In this document: piece after piece, positions 38,582 to 48,417 of the stretch | Layout: every line of letters begins with the position of its first letter | Position numbering within the stretch: position 1 is the stretch's first letter | Assembly (NCBI GenBank): GCA_900317165.1 | Contig: ONFU01000014.1 | Location: forward strand, 1 to 58,100 | DNA: 58,100 bases | Direction: 5' to 3' | Source of the DNA: an uncultured Erysipelotrichaceae bacterium | GTDB lineage: Bacteria > Bacillota_I > Bacilli_A > RFN20 > CAG-826 | Notes under the pieces: model-generated | Told to the model about the DNA's origin: nothing | Seen by the model: only the letters and a program-made list of their open reading frames with translations | The model's database searches: none | Program-made: the position numbers and the translations under genes

Positions 38582-39341
38582 CCTTGCCCTTTTCTTCTTC
38601 GCTAGGTTCTTCTTTGGAAGCTTCTTCCTTTGAAGGGGCTTCCTCTTTTTCTAAGGAATCCTTCGGTTCTTCTTCCTCTTCTTCCTCTTCTTCCTCATCC
38701 TCTTCTTCCTCTTCCTCTTTCTTTTTGGCTAGACGAGGATCGGTGCGAAGCTCGGACTTGCTGGAATCGCGGATCGTCTCGATGATCGTAAGGATAATGA
38801 ACATGATGATGCCGACGACCAAATAGGCATCCGCGAGGTTGAAGGTCGCGAAGGGGTTAAGGAAGGCGCCTTGGTTGACGTTAGGCCCTCCCCCAAGGTA
38901 GAACTGAAGGAAATCGATGACCCCGTTGAAGCCGGTCGTGGCCTCAAAATAGAAGGAACGGTCGATGAGATTGCCGACTGCTCCTGCGGCCATAAGGGCG
39001 AAAATCACCCTTTCGAAGTTTTTTAGTTCGATATTCTTCCTTATCCAATAATAGATAATGACGAAGGACATGATTAAGGAGATCGCGATCCCGAGAATCC
39101 TTCCGCCGATCCCCCAGTTCGCGCCAAGGGAGAAGGCCGCGCCCGTATTGTAAGACAAGGTGATATAGAAGAAATTAGGGATGACGGGGTTAAGTTGACC
39201 TGGGGTGCAGGTAAGCTGGACCACCCATTTGGTGACGACGTCCAAAATGAATAGACCAAGGGATATCCCTCCGAAAAGCAAGAGCTTCTTATAGGCTTCC
39301 TGTCTTTCTAATTCGGTGTAGGTTTTCTTTTTCTTGGCCAT
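38565..39341 (-). CDS. lspA: Signal peptidase II with acidic C-terminal tail
   Basis: YNTGAAFS, GAVGNLIDR, VIDF, FNLAD; poly-Glu tail. Confidence 0.93.
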   Translation of the reverse strand: MAKKKKTYTELERQEAYKKLLLFGGISLGLFILDVVTKWVVQLTCTPGQLNPVIPNFFYITLSYNTGAAFSLGANWGIGGRILGIAISLIMSFVIIYYWIRKNIELKNFERVIFALMAAGAVGNLIDRSFYFEATTGFNGVIDFLQFYLGGGPNVNQGAFLNPFATFNLADAYLVVGIIMFIILTIIETIRDSSKSELRTDPRLAKKKEEEEEEDEEEEEEEEEEPKDSLEKEEAPSKEEASKEEPSEEEKGKDEKND

Positions 39342-39344
39342 CTT

Positions 39345-42053
39345 TTATTCTCCAATAGCTTCTAAGCAACGGGGGCAAAGACTATCGCCTTCATGCTCAT
39401 GGGCATCTTCGACATGGAGTCTGCATCTCGCACATAAGGGGGCTTCGCTTAGGCGGATTTCGATACAGGGGTCGCCTTCTTTTAGGATGGCCTTGGAGAC
39501 GAGGAGGCCTTTAGCAAGAAGCTCTTCGCCATCTTCCTTCAAGGCTTTGAATAAGGGGCCTTCCTTCATGGAGATGACCGCTTCCGCCTCGGAGGCGCTT
39601 CCGATAAGGCCTTGGTTGCGCTTCTCCTCGATGGCTTTGTTGACTTCTCCCCTAAAGGCAAGATAGGCCTCATAGAGGTTAAGCCCTTCTTCATCGAGTT
39701 CGCGGGTTTTGACCATATCCTCAAGTTGGACCGATTCCTTATGATCAACGGGGAGATAGGAATAGATCTCCTCCATCGTGAAGGGGAGGATCGGGTTAAG
39801 GAGGAGGCAAAGCGAATAGGCGCAATCGAAAATGCAGGCGACGATCGCTTCCCTTCTGCTCGAATCCTTCTTATCGCAATAGAGGATATCCTTGGAAACA
39901 TCGAGGAAAAGGGAGGATAGATCACTGGAAAGGAAGGGGATGACCGCGTTAAGGACCGCGGAGAAATCGTATTCCTCATACCCCTTTAACGCGCGGTTAA
40001 TGACTTCTCCTAACCTCGCTTTGATCATCCTGACGATGAGGGGGTTCTCCTTTATTTCCTTCTTGGGGTCATAGCCATTAAGGTTACCAAGGAGGAAACG
40101 GAAGGTATTCCTGATCTTACGGTAATTGTCGATCGCGTTTTGGAGGATGCCTTCGCCTAAACGGGCATCCGCACGGTAATCGACGCTAGAGGCCCATAGG
40201 CGGAGGATATCCGCCCCATAGGTTTGGGCGATCTTGTTCGGGTCGATGCCGTTGCCGCTGCTTTTGCTCATCTTCTGCCATGATTCGTCCATGACGAAGC
40301 CATGGGTTAGGCAGGTCTTGAACGGGGACACCCCATGGGTCGCGACCGAGACGATGAGGGAGGCGTTGAACCAGCCGCGATATTGGTCGTTTCCTTCTAA
40401 ATAGAGGTCCGCGGGATATTGGAGTCCTCTTTCGACAAGGGTTCCATTCCATGAGGATCCGGAATCGAACCAAACGTCCATGATGTCCTTTTCCTTGGTG
40501 AAGAGGCCATTTGGAGAATGCTCGTTCTTATAGCCTTCGGGGAGAAGGTCCTTCGCCTCTTTCTTGAACCAGATGGAGGAACCGTGTTCCCTAAATAGGT
40601 TCGCGATATGGTCAAAGACCTCTTTTTCCATGATGGGGGTATTGTCCTCGCAATAGATGATAGGAAGGGGGACGCCCCAAACGCGTTGACGGGAAATGCA
40701 CCAGTCCGCGCGGTCTTTGATCATGTTGACCATTTTCCCTTCGCCCCAAGCGGGAACCCATTCGATCTTCTTCACTTCATCAAGAAGAGCCTTCCTAATA
40801 GGCTCAATGGAGCAGAACCATTGCGGGGTGGCCCTGAAGATGATCGGCTTCTTGGTCCTCCAATCATGGGGATAGCTATGGACGATGTCGACTCTCTTGA
40901 ATAGCAAACCCTTCTCATTGAGGAGTTTGATGACCAAATCGTTGGTGTCCTCATAGAACATGCCGTTGAAGATGTCGCCTTCGCCCGTTGCGAAAACGCC
41001 CTTTTCATCGATTGGGCAATATGGTTTGATGCCGTATTTCGCACCCGCGAGGAAGTCATCTAGACCGTGGTCGGGGGCGATGTGGACGAGTCCGGTACCG
41101 GCGGAATCATCGACATAGGAGGCTAGGATCAATTGGCCCACCCTTTCTGGATAAAGTGGATGGACGTATTTGACCCCTTCAAGTTCCTGGCCCTTAAATT
41201 CCTTGAGGGTTTCGATTTCCCCAAGTTCAAGCTCTTCCTTCAATTTCTCCTTCAAGGAAGAGAGGAAAATGAAGGTCCCTTTGCTAGTTTTATATAAGCC
41301 ATATTCGAATAAGGGATTGGCCGCGACCGCTTGGTTGGTCGGGATCGTCCAGGGGGTGGTCGTCCAGATTAGGAAGCGGGCTGGCAAATCGAATAGGCCC
41401 TTGGAATCGATGATATCGAAGCCAACGTAGATGGTCTTGGCTTCCACGTCATGGTATTCGACCTCCGCTTCTGCGAGGGCGGATTCGCTAGATGGCGACC
41501 AATAAACGGGCTTAAGGCCTTTGAAGATAAGACCTTTTAAGGCCATCTCGGAGAAGACCTCGATCTGACGGGCCTCATATTCTTTGGAGAGGGTGAGGTA
41601 AGGATGATCGAAATCGCCAAGGCAGCCAAGACGGAGGATCTGAGCTTTTTGCCTTTCGACCTGGGTAAGGGCATAGCTTTCGCATTTCTCCCTGAATTCA
41701 TCGATTGGGGTGGTTTTGCGGTTGACGCCGCTTTTGGTGACCTTGGTCTCGATTGGGAGGCCATGGGTGTCCCAGCCTGGAATATAGGGAGTTTTGAAGC
41801 CCGCCATATTCTTATAGCGGATCACGAAATCCTTGAGCGAGACGTTAAGGGCATGTCCGCAATGGATGTCCCCGTTAGCGTATGGAGGGCCATCATGAAG
41901 CATGAAAACGGGCGCGTCGACGCGGTTTTCGTTCATCTTGTTATATAAATCGATGTCCTTCCAATGGGCGACGAGGGCCGGTTCTTTCTCCGATAAACCC
42001 GCTCTCATAGGGAAGGCGGTATTCACCATCGACAAAGTGCTTTTGTAATCCAT
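39345..42053 (-). CDS. ileS: Isoleucine--tRNA ligase
   Basis: HDGPPYANG.IH.GH, DWCISRQR.WG, KMSKS, C-terminal zinc finger; start trimmed to MDYKSTL. Confidence 0.97.
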   Translation of the reverse strand: MDYKSTLSMVNTAFPMRAGLSEKEPALVAHWKDIDLYNKMNENRVDAPVFMLHDGPPYANGDIHCGHALNVSLKDFVIRYKNMAGFKTPYIPGWDTHGLPIETKVTKSGVNRKTTPIDEFREKCESYALTQVERQKAQILRLGCLGDFDHPYLTLSKEYEARQIEVFSEMALKGLIFKGLKPVYWSPSSESALAEAEVEYHDVEAKTIYVGFDIIDSKGLFDLPARFLIWTTTPWTIPTNQAVAANPLFEYGLYKTSKGTFIFLSSLKEKLKEELELGEIETLKEFKGQELEGVKYVHPLYPERVGQLILASYVDDSAGTGLVHIAPDHGLDDFLAGAKYGIKPYCPIDEKGVFATGEGDIFNGMFYEDTNDLVIKLLNEKGLLFKRVDIVHSYPHDWRTKKPIIFRATPQWFCSIEPIRKALLDEVKKIEWVPAWGEGKMVNMIKDRADWCISRQRVWGVPLPIIYCEDNTPIMEKEVFDHIANLFREHGSSIWFKKEAKDLLPEGYKNEHSPNGLFTKEKDIMDVWFDSGSSWNGTLVERGLQYPADLYLEGNDQYRGWFNASLIVSVATHGVSPFKTCLTHGFVMDESWQKMSKSSGNGIDPNKIAQTYGADILRLWASSVDYRADARLGEGILQNAIDNYRKIRNTFRFLLGNLNGYDPKKEIKENPLIVRMIKARLGEVINRALKGYEEYDFSAVLNAVIPFLSSDLSSLFLDVSKDILYCDKKDSSRREAIVACIFDCAYSLCLLLNPILPFTMEEIYSYLPVDHKESVQLEDMVKTRELDEEGLNLYEAYLAFRGEVNKAIEEKRNQGLIGSASEAEAVISMKEGPLFKALKEDGEELLAKGLLVSKAILKEGDPCIEIRLSEAPLCARCRLHVEDAHEHEGDSLCPRCLEAIGE

Positions 42054-42079
42054 ATTCTTTACCTCCAAGGGTGCTAAGC

Positions 42080-42310
42080 AAAATAAAAGGCGCCCGAGTT
42101 GTCGTTGCAAGGACGCAATATGCGCGGTACCACCTTGCTTCGCCTTTTAAGCGCGCTTCATTAAGGGAATGTCTCGTCTTCCGTTACGGCTATCCCCTTA
42201 CTGGCAGTTCAGGGGACAAGCTTACGTAGTGATGTCCTTTTCACCTTGCCCTTTCTCAGCTTCCGCAGGGCTCTCTGTCACTCGGCTACTTCGGCGCGTC
42301 TACGTTGCAA
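42080..42310 (-). promoter_or_regulatory. T-box riboswitch (Ile)
   Basis: GGTGGTACCGCGC antiterminator, AGAGAG/GCTGAGA stem I motifs, AUC specifier (GAC-ATC-ACT); boundaries approximate. Confidence 0.87.
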
Positions 42311-42401
42311 ACGCTTTAGCGAGAGTATGTTACCCCTCCTTTTGCCTTAAGGCAATAGGAAAAGCGGACCCTTGATGGATCCGCTTATAAGGTAAATGTC
42401 C

Positions 42402-43541
42402 TTATTCCTCTTCGTCGGAGAAGGCGCCTTTGAGGAAATCGGGGAGGATTTGCTCTTGGACGGATTCCTCGGGCTCGGCCTCGTGCTCCTCCTCTTCCTT
42501 GACGATCCTCGCCTTCTGGCTTTCGACCCCGAATCCGACGGTCTCGCGGCGCGGACGGGAGAATTGGGGTAAGGAAGTGAAGTCATATTCCTCGGTGAAG
42601 TTACTCGCGATGACGGAGACGAGGATGCAGTCGGTGAGGTTCTCGTTGATGGAGACGCCGAATTTGACGTCGACCGCGGCCCCAGCGTTATCGATGATAT
42701 GCTGGACGCATTCCTCGGCTTCATATAAGGAGACGTTGGTTCCGCAGGTGACGGAGCAGATGGCTTTCCTAGCCCCGGAGATGGAGGCTTCAAGAAGAGG
42801 CGAGTTGATCGCGTTTTCCGCGGCTTCCTCGGCTTTTCTTTCACCCGTTCCCATACCGAATCCGATAAGGGCGATGCCGGAATTGCGGAGGGTCCTTTCG
42901 ACATCGGCGAAGTCCATGTTGATGAGGCCTGGGAGAAGGATCAAATCGGTGACGGTCTTCACCGATTGAGCCAAAACCTTGTCGGAATCGGAGAAGGCTT
43001 GGCTAATCGGGGCTTTGCCGGCCGCCATTAATAGTTTGTCGTTAGAGACGATGATGATCGAATCGACAGCGTCTTTCAAATCGCTTAGGCCCGTGACGGA
43101 ATTAGCGACCCTCGTCTTACCTTCGAAGGTAAATGGACGAGTGACGATCGCAATCGTTAGGGCCCCTACTTCCTTGCAGATGCTAGCAACGACTGGGGCG
43201 GCACCGGTTCCGGTTCCTCCACCCATGCCGGCCGCGATGAAAACGAGGTCAGCGCCCTCGACGATCTTGCGGATATCGTCTTTGCTAGCTTCGGCGGCCC
43301 TTTTCCCTTGGGCTGGATCCCCTCCGGCGCCTAAGCCTTTGGTGATCTCTTCGCCTAGGACAAGCCTATTGGGGGCCTTGGAGGTCGAAAGGGCTTGTTT
43401 ATCGGTATTCATGACGTAGAACTCGACGTTTTCGATGTTCTCATCCATCATGCGGTTGACGGCGTTGTTGCCGGCTCCTCCGACGCCGATGACGATAATT
43501 CGTGCTGGCGGTTCGAAGTTGTCCAAATCCATCATTGGCAT
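42402..43541 (-). CDS. ftsZ: Cell division protein FtsZ
   Basis: GVGGAGNNA, GMGGGTGTG tubulin motif, INMDFAD, C-terminal LPDFL. Confidence 0.97.
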   Translation of the reverse strand: MPMMDLDNFEPPARIIVIGVGGAGNNAVNRMMDENIENVEFYVMNTDKQALSTSKAPNRLVLGEEITKGLGAGGDPAQGKRAAEASKDDIRKIVEGADLVFIAAGMGGGTGTGAAPVVASICKEVGALTIAIVTRPFTFEGKTRVANSVTGLSDLKDAVDSIIIVSNDKLLMAAGKAPISQAFSDSDKVLAQSVKTVTDLILLPGLINMDFADVERTLRNSGIALIGFGMGTGERKAEEAAENAINSPLLEASISGARKAICSVTCGTNVSLYEAEECVQHIIDNAGAAVDVKFGVSINENLTDCILVSVIASNFTEEYDFTSLPQFSRPRRETVGFGVESQKARIVKEEEEHEAEPEESVQEQILPDFLKGAFSDEEE

Positions 43542-43562
43542 AGTCGTTTTCTCCTTTCCTTA

Positions 43563-44825
43563 TTACAAATCATCATCTAGTGATGAACGTGAGGTCTTCG
43601 GTTTTTTCTTTTCAGGTTTCGGGGCTTCCCTTGTTACGTTCATGACGCCTGTCCCGAAATCACTGAGGGAACCAGAATATGACCCGGTGGCCGCGAGCAT
43701 CCCAAGGAGGTTGGTGAATCCAGGGTCGCGTGCCCCAATCGCGGTTGGGCGGATAAGAATCGGTTCGCGGGTTGGGAAGGCTTTGCGGAGGAAGTCCTGA
43801 AGTCCCTTTAATTCGGAGGCTCCCCCGGTAAGCATGAAGGGAAGCGCGTTGAATTGCGGGTTATTGTGCTTTTCGAGGACCAAATTGATGGAGGCCGATA
43901 ATTCGGAGAGGAAGGTTTCGAAATATTCCTCGATGACCTCGTTTAGGTCCTTCTGGTAATAATTTTTGGGAGCCCCGGATTCCTTATCGATACCCTTGAT
44001 TAACGGGGGGCGATAGGAGAGGACCCTCGTGTCGTAGCCATGATCGACCTTGAGGCTTTCCGCGTCCTCGACGCTTATGCCAAAGGCCTCGGCGATCGCT
44101 TCGGTTAGGTCATCGCCTCCCCTAGCGAAACTCGTCGCGGAATAGGGTTCTTTATCCCCGATTAAGGCCAAATCGGTGGAACGGGCCCCGATATCGAGGA
44201 GGAGGTAATTCTTGGGGGCGTCAGGGATGGTCGCGAAATATTTGGCGGCGCAATAGACGGAGACGCCGGTCTTCTTGACTCTATATCCAGCCGCGTTAGC
44301 CATGGTCTGGTATTGGCCGGAGACCGTCTCGGGGAGACAATGGATCATCGCCTTGACGGTGATGGAGCCGCTTATCCTATCTAATGGTGGACGGTCGAAA
44401 CGGCTGCCGTCATCAAGTTGGAAGATGATCGGGATGATGTCCACGATGGTATTGCCGGCGGGGACCGGGTCCTTCTTCAAAAGGGAAAGGAGGTTAGCGA
44501 TATCTAGCCTCGTGATCTTCCCATCTTGTCCGGCGACGAGGAAGTTCTTGTCGTTGCTATAGACCTTCAAGCCGATTGAAGGGATGACCAGGAGAATGTT
44601 ATCGAGCTTCAAATCGATCTTCTCCGAATCATCTTTGAATTCGCGTAGCTCCTTTAAGCAAGCGACCGCGGCGTCGATATCCTTCAAGGTCCCATGGGAG
44701 ACCGTGCCCTTTGGAAGGGGGATTTTCTTGGTATACAAAACGATTGGAGTCCCGTTTAAGGGATAGCCAAGAAGCAATTTGATGGCTACGTTACTAACTT
44801 CCAAACAACCTTGAATCTTTGCCAT
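43563..44825 (-). CDS. ftsA: Cell division protein FtsA
   Basis: LLDIGA, GGDDLT, AESLK, LTGGASEL actin-like motifs; directly upstream of ftsZ. Confidence 0.85.
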   Translation of the reverse strand: MAKIQGCLEVSNVAIKLLLGYPLNGTPIVLYTKKIPLPKGTVSHGTLKDIDAAVACLKELREFKDDSEKIDLKLDNILLVIPSIGLKVYSNDKNFLVAGQDGKITRLDIANLLSLLKKDPVPAGNTIVDIIPIIFQLDDGSRFDRPPLDRISGSITVKAMIHCLPETVSGQYQTMANAAGYRVKKTGVSVYCAAKYFATIPDAPKNYLLLDIGARSTDLALIGDKEPYSATSFARGGDDLTEAIAEAFGISVEDAESLKVDHGYDTRVLSYRPPLIKGIDKESGAPKNYYQKDLNEVIEEYFETFLSELSASINLVLEKHNNPQFNALPFMLTGGASELKGLQDFLRKAFPTREPILIRPTAIGARDPGFTNLLGMLAATGSYSGSLSDFGTGVMNVTREAPKPEKKKPKTSRSSLDDDL

Positions 44826-45045
44826 AGAGCCCCTTTCCTTTTTAGACTACTCATTATTATAGATGATGGCATCTTTCTTTTAAAGAAAGACATTCTTTAA
44901 ATTTTTGGTATTTATTTAGTAGTTTTATGGGTTTTTGGACATTTTCGTAAAACCATGATAAAAACTGTGTTTTTCCATCTATTTACTCCTAAGTTTTTTG
45001 GAGTTTTTCAGAAAAACACAGTTTGCAAAGCATGCGAAATTATGC

Positions 45046-45921
45046 TTATTCGCCTTCTTCTTTTTTCGGCTTATTAAGGGGGTTATCGAACGTTGTTACT
45101 TTCTTGTTAAGGTTAAGGGAATCCGCGGAAGGGATATTCATTTTCCCGATTGAATTGACTCCGGAAGAACCATACATATTGACGTTATCAAGGCTTCTTG
45201 GGATCGCCTTATGGGGGAGTTTGAGGCAGCCCTGGAAGGCCCCGTTTCCGATTCTAACAACCCTCCTAGGAATATAGATATCCTTAAGGGCTTCACAGTC
45301 TATGAAAGCTTCATCATCGATGATCTCCACTTTATCATGAAGCGCGACTCTATCTAGCCCTCTGCAGCCTTTGAACATCTTCGGCCCGATGACTTTAATC
45401 GATTCGGGGAGTCTGAATTCCATCAAGGAGACGCAACCTTCGAAGGTCGCTTCTTCCCCTAGGCTTTTTAAATTAGGGGGCAAGCTAATCGACTTTAAGG
45501 ATTCGCAGTCCTTGAAGGCTTTCTTACCTATGGAGCTGACGTTTTCTGGGATCTTCAAATCCATTAAGGAAGAGCATCCTTCAAAGGCGGAGGCTTCGAT
45601 TTTCTCCAAGGTATTTGGGAAAGAGACGGTTTTAAGATGGTCACAGCCTGCAAAGGCCCCGTATTTGATTTCCTTGATGCCTTCAGGGAAAATCACTTCC
45701 TCTAATTTCTTATTGCCCTTAAAGGCGTAATCGCCGACGGAGATGACGTTATCCGGGATTTTGATAACGGAATCAGAACCTTCGTATCTTCTTAGTTCAA
45801 AACCGGTTATATCAAAGGTCCCCTTTATCTCCATCTCAGTATACGGCTCTCCGCAATTAGGGCAAAAGGCAAAAGGCTCCTTACCCTTATAACCGCATTT
45901 TTGACAGAAGGTTCCTTTCAT
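45046..45921 (-). CDS. Zinc-ribbon + BspA-type leucine-rich-repeat protein
   Basis: CQKCG...FCPNCG followed by repeated I...AF.GC..L..V.FP units. Confidence 0.85.
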   Translation of the reverse strand: MKGTFCQKCGYKGKEPFAFCPNCGEPYTEMEIKGTFDITGFELRRYEGSDSVIKIPDNVISVGDYAFKGNKKLEEVIFPEGIKEIKYGAFAGCDHLKTVSFPNTLEKIEASAFEGCSSLMDLKIPENVSSIGKKAFKDCESLKSISLPPNLKSLGEEATFEGCVSLMEFRLPESIKVIGPKMFKGCRGLDRVALHDKVEIIDDEAFIDCEALKDIYIPRRVVRIGNGAFQGCLKLPHKAIPRSLDNVNMYGSSGVNSIGKMNIPSADSLNLNKKVTTFDNPLNKPKKEEGE

Positions 45922-45992
45922 GGCGATTCTCCTTATATCTATATTATATAAAGAAAAGGCCGCGGCTGCGGCCAAATGAAGTCTAGTATGAA

Positions 45993-46235
45993 TCAATAGG
46001 CGTTATTGATGTCTTCCTGCTCAACAAGGGGGCTTCCTTCATTGGAGGAATCCTCGGTTAATTCAAGGGTATCCGGGGCTTTGGAGGCGCTTATTGGCTC
46101 AGCGACCATGAAGGAAATCGCGATCGGGGTCGCCCCGATGGCGACGATGCCTATCGAGATAGCAAGAGCGAAAAGAAGGGTCCTAAGGCGATAATAGACT
46201 TTCTTATGATGGGTTTTAACGAGTTTGTCTTTCAT
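45993..46235 (-). CDS. Small single-pass membrane protein at the ftsL position
   Basis: AAGGAGGAG RBS, basic N-terminus, one TM; directly after rsmH. Confidence 0.6.
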   Translation of the reverse strand: MKDKLVKTHHKKVYYRLRTLLFALAISIGIVAIGATPIAISFMVAEPISASKAPDTLELTEDSSNEGSPLVEQEDINNAY

Positions 46236-46273
46236 GGCCTTCTCCTCCTTTCCTTGTTTGCTTTTTTGGGAGA

Positions 46274-47206
46274 TTAACGTCTAGCGATGCCCCTAAGTTT
46301 TGCGGAGACCGCCCGGTGGTTATACCCGATTTCCTCTTCGCTAGGGGTAATCGGCTTCCTCGTTAGTGACACGAATTCGGCTTCTTGATTATCGATCTTG
46401 AGGCTTTCGGGACCGTGTCTGGTCCCTTCTATCTTGGTAAGCTCATTGAAGCGGTTCTTCACGAGCCTATCGTCTAGTGACATGAAGGTGATGATCGCCA
46501 TCCTCCCTCCTTCTTTTAGGAGTAAGGGGGCGTCTTGTAGCATCGCCTGCAGGGTCGCTTTCTCCGCGTTGACCTCCATCCTGATGGCTTGGAAGGTCTG
46601 CTTCGCGGGATGGCCTTTTTTGGCTAGCTCCTTCATGGTTTTCGCCCTTTTGATGGCTTCGACGAGGTCGAAGGTCGTCTTTAGGGGGGCGATTTCCCTT
46701 TGCCTAACGATCGATTTGGCGATCTTGTAGGCGTCTTTTTCCTCTCCGTATAGCTCTATGACCCTCGTTAGATCATGGAGGGAATAGGTATTGAGGACTT
46801 TCTCGGCGGTAAGGGGGTTATCCTTATCCATCCGCATGTCGAGCGGACCCAGTGCGTTATAGGAGAATCCGCGGTTTGCCTCGTCAAGTTGCGGGGAAGA
46901 GACCCCTAGGTCAGCGAGGATTCCATCGACCTTATCGATATGGAGTTCCTCAAGCCGAGACTTGACGTTAGCGAAGTTATCCTTGATGAGGGTGAAGCTA
47001 TCGCCGATTGAGGCGAGGACTTCCCTCGATTCAATTAAGGCTTGCTCATCTTGGTCGAAGGCAACGAGGTGCCCATGCGGAATCCTCTTTAGGATCTCTC
47101 CACTATGTCCGGCCCTACCAAGAGTCAGGTCAACATAGGTGCCTCCGTCTTTTAAGTCAAGGAGGTCGATTGACTCATTCAACAATACACTGATGTGCTT
47201 AGGCAT
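46274..47206 (-). CDS. rsmH: 16S rRNA m4C1402 methyltransferase
   Basis: HISVLL.E, DLTLGRAGHS, DLGVSSPQLD, RAVSAKLR. Confidence 0.96.
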   Translation of the reverse strand: MPKHISVLLNESIDLLDLKDGGTYVDLTLGRAGHSGEILKRIPHGHLVAFDQDEQALIESREVLASIGDSFTLIKDNFANVKSRLEELHIDKVDGILADLGVSSPQLDEANRGFSYNALGPLDMRMDKDNPLTAEKVLNTYSLHDLTRVIELYGEEKDAYKIAKSIVRQREIAPLKTTFDLVEAIKRAKTMKELAKKGHPAKQTFQAIRMEVNAEKATLQAMLQDAPLLLKEGGRMAIITFMSLDDRLVKNRFNELTKIEGTRHGPESLKIDNQEAEFVSLTRKPITPSEEEIGYNHRAVSAKLRGIARR

Positions 47207-47633
47207 TCCGTTTCACTCCACTTGCGAACTGTTCGAAGCCGAATGACCCGGCTAGGGAGTATCTAGCGTAGGATGCGGGATCCCAGACCTCGAAGTGATC
47301 GAGGCAGCCAATGATGGTGACGTCCTTCTTGATGCCATAGGCCTCGAGGACGGCTTTTCCGAAGAACAAACGTCCATGCGAGTCGAACTTCAAGGTGACG
47401 ATCGATGATGTGGTCGCTCTGATGAAGGCACGGGTTTTATCATCGAAGAAGTCGAGTCCCTCCAGTTTCTCCAGATATCGGTCGAATCCTTCTTGATTAT
47501 AGATAGCCATGCATCCATCAAAACCCTTCAGGAGATAGAAGGCGTTGTCCCCTTCCTTCTCTAAGAGTTTCGGGGGGAGTTGGAGCCTGCCTTTTTCATC
47601 TAGGCTCCTATCGTAGGTTCCGAAATACTTCAT
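47199..47633 (-). CDS. mraZ: Division/cell wall cluster repressor MraZ
   Basis: SLDEKGRL and FDSHGRL DxxGR motifs, DHFEVW; upstream of rsmH. Confidence 0.92.
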   Translation of the reverse strand: MKYFGTYDRSLDEKGRLQLPPKLLEKEGDNAFYLLKGFDGCMAIYNQEGFDRYLEKLEGLDFFDDKTRAFIRATTSSIVTLKFDSHGRLFFGKAVLEAYGIKKDVTIIGCLDHFEVWDPASYARYSLAGSFGFEQFASGVKRNA

Positions 47634-47635
47634 TT

Positions 47636-47671
47636 CCCACTTTTTCCCACTTGTGCAATTATGATACCCAC
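47636..47671 (-). promoter_or_regulatory. Putative MraZ-binding GTGGG repeats
   Basis: GTGGG boxes 10 bp apart (47636-47640, 47646-47650) plus a third at 47667-47671, immediately upstream of mraZ. Confidence 0.6.
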
Positions 47672-47766
47672 ATAAACGCGTTATGGGCAAGAGAGGAAAT
47701 GCCACAAAAAAGCCTTTTTTATACAGTGTATAGGATTTTCTAGTTTTCTATGATTGAAGGGGATAA

Positions 47767-48288
47767 TTATCCATCACCAAGCATCTTTGGGTTAGCTAAA
47801 TATAGGATATCCGCCCTATCTTTTCCGCGTAGAAGTCCATGAAGATTGTCCTTAGGAACAATCGTTATGAGCTTATTGATTTTCTCCAAGACATCGTATT
47901 TTTTGCTAGCGGATGGATCGATTACCATCGCCAAGAGCCTTTCGCTAGGCTTCTTGATATGTACCCCCAAAACGAGGCGGTCCAAGTAGGATTTGCAAAT
48001 TAGGTCCGGGCGGTCTAAACGATTGAGCGATTCGACGATTTCCGAAGGCCTAAGTCCATGATAATGATGGGAACCTTGTCCCCCTACCGGCAACATCAGC
48101 TCATAGAGGGTCGATGCGTCGACGTAGAGGTCGTTCTTCCTGAATAGTGTCCTGTCCGCTATCTTGTTCAGCTTGCAAAGGTGGACGTTCCTGAACCGCA
48201 CGTCGAAATGGCCGCGGTCCCTCTCCGCGTAGCTGTTTAATGATCTTGTTGCTTTTTGTTTGTTTACGATGTTGATTAGATTGTCCAC
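47767..48288 (-). CDS. Stand-alone putative RNase-fold protein (MuF-C/PBECR-like, tentative)
   Basis: GTG start with AGGAGG RBS; HHYHGL.PSEI...L..L..P..I..S and terminal NKLITIVPK strand resemble MuF-C/PBECR domains (recognised by eye, not searched). Confidence 0.55.
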   Translation of the reverse strand: MDNLINIVNKQKATRSLNSYAERDRGHFDVRFRNVHLCKLNKIADRTLFRKNDLYVDASTLYELMLPVGGQGSHHYHGLRPSEIVESLNRLDRPDLICKSYLDRLVLGVHIKKPSERLLAMVIDPSASKKYDVLEKINKLITIVPKDNLHGLLRGKDRADILYLANPKMLGDG

Positions 48289-48298
48289 AGGAAAGTCC

Positions 48299-48338
48299 TC
48301 CTACTTACTAATAGTGGTAAAAAACGAAAACTGGCTCA
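48299..48338 (-). promoter_or_regulatory. Conserved promoter-like motif, copy C
   Basis: Minus strand TGAGCCAGTTTTCG-N7-CCACTATTAGTAAGTAGGA, directly upstream of the 47767-48288 gene. Confidence 0.7.
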
Positions 48339-48386
48339 GATTTTTATGAAAAAGTGAAAAATAATCGGTTTGACGTTCAGGGGGTA

Positions 48387-48414
48387 TTGCAAAAGGCCCC
48401 GGTGGGTGTATATT
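48387..48414 (+). promoter_or_regulatory. sigma-A-like promoter of RNA unit 1
   Basis: TTGCAA-N16-TATATT. Confidence 0.65.
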
Positions 48415-48417
48415 GGA

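Noticed and set aside
38660..38725. Poly-Glu trinucleotide run in lspA as a phase-variation tract
   Set aside because: In-frame mixed GAA/GAG codons in a disordered tail; length changes would not shift the frame.
44962..45024. Inverted repeat AAACTGTGTTTTTC/GAAAAACACAGTTT between the LRR gene and ftsA as a MITE or ncRNA
   Set aside because: Single copy with no target-site duplication; adequately explained as a terminator or processing hairpin.
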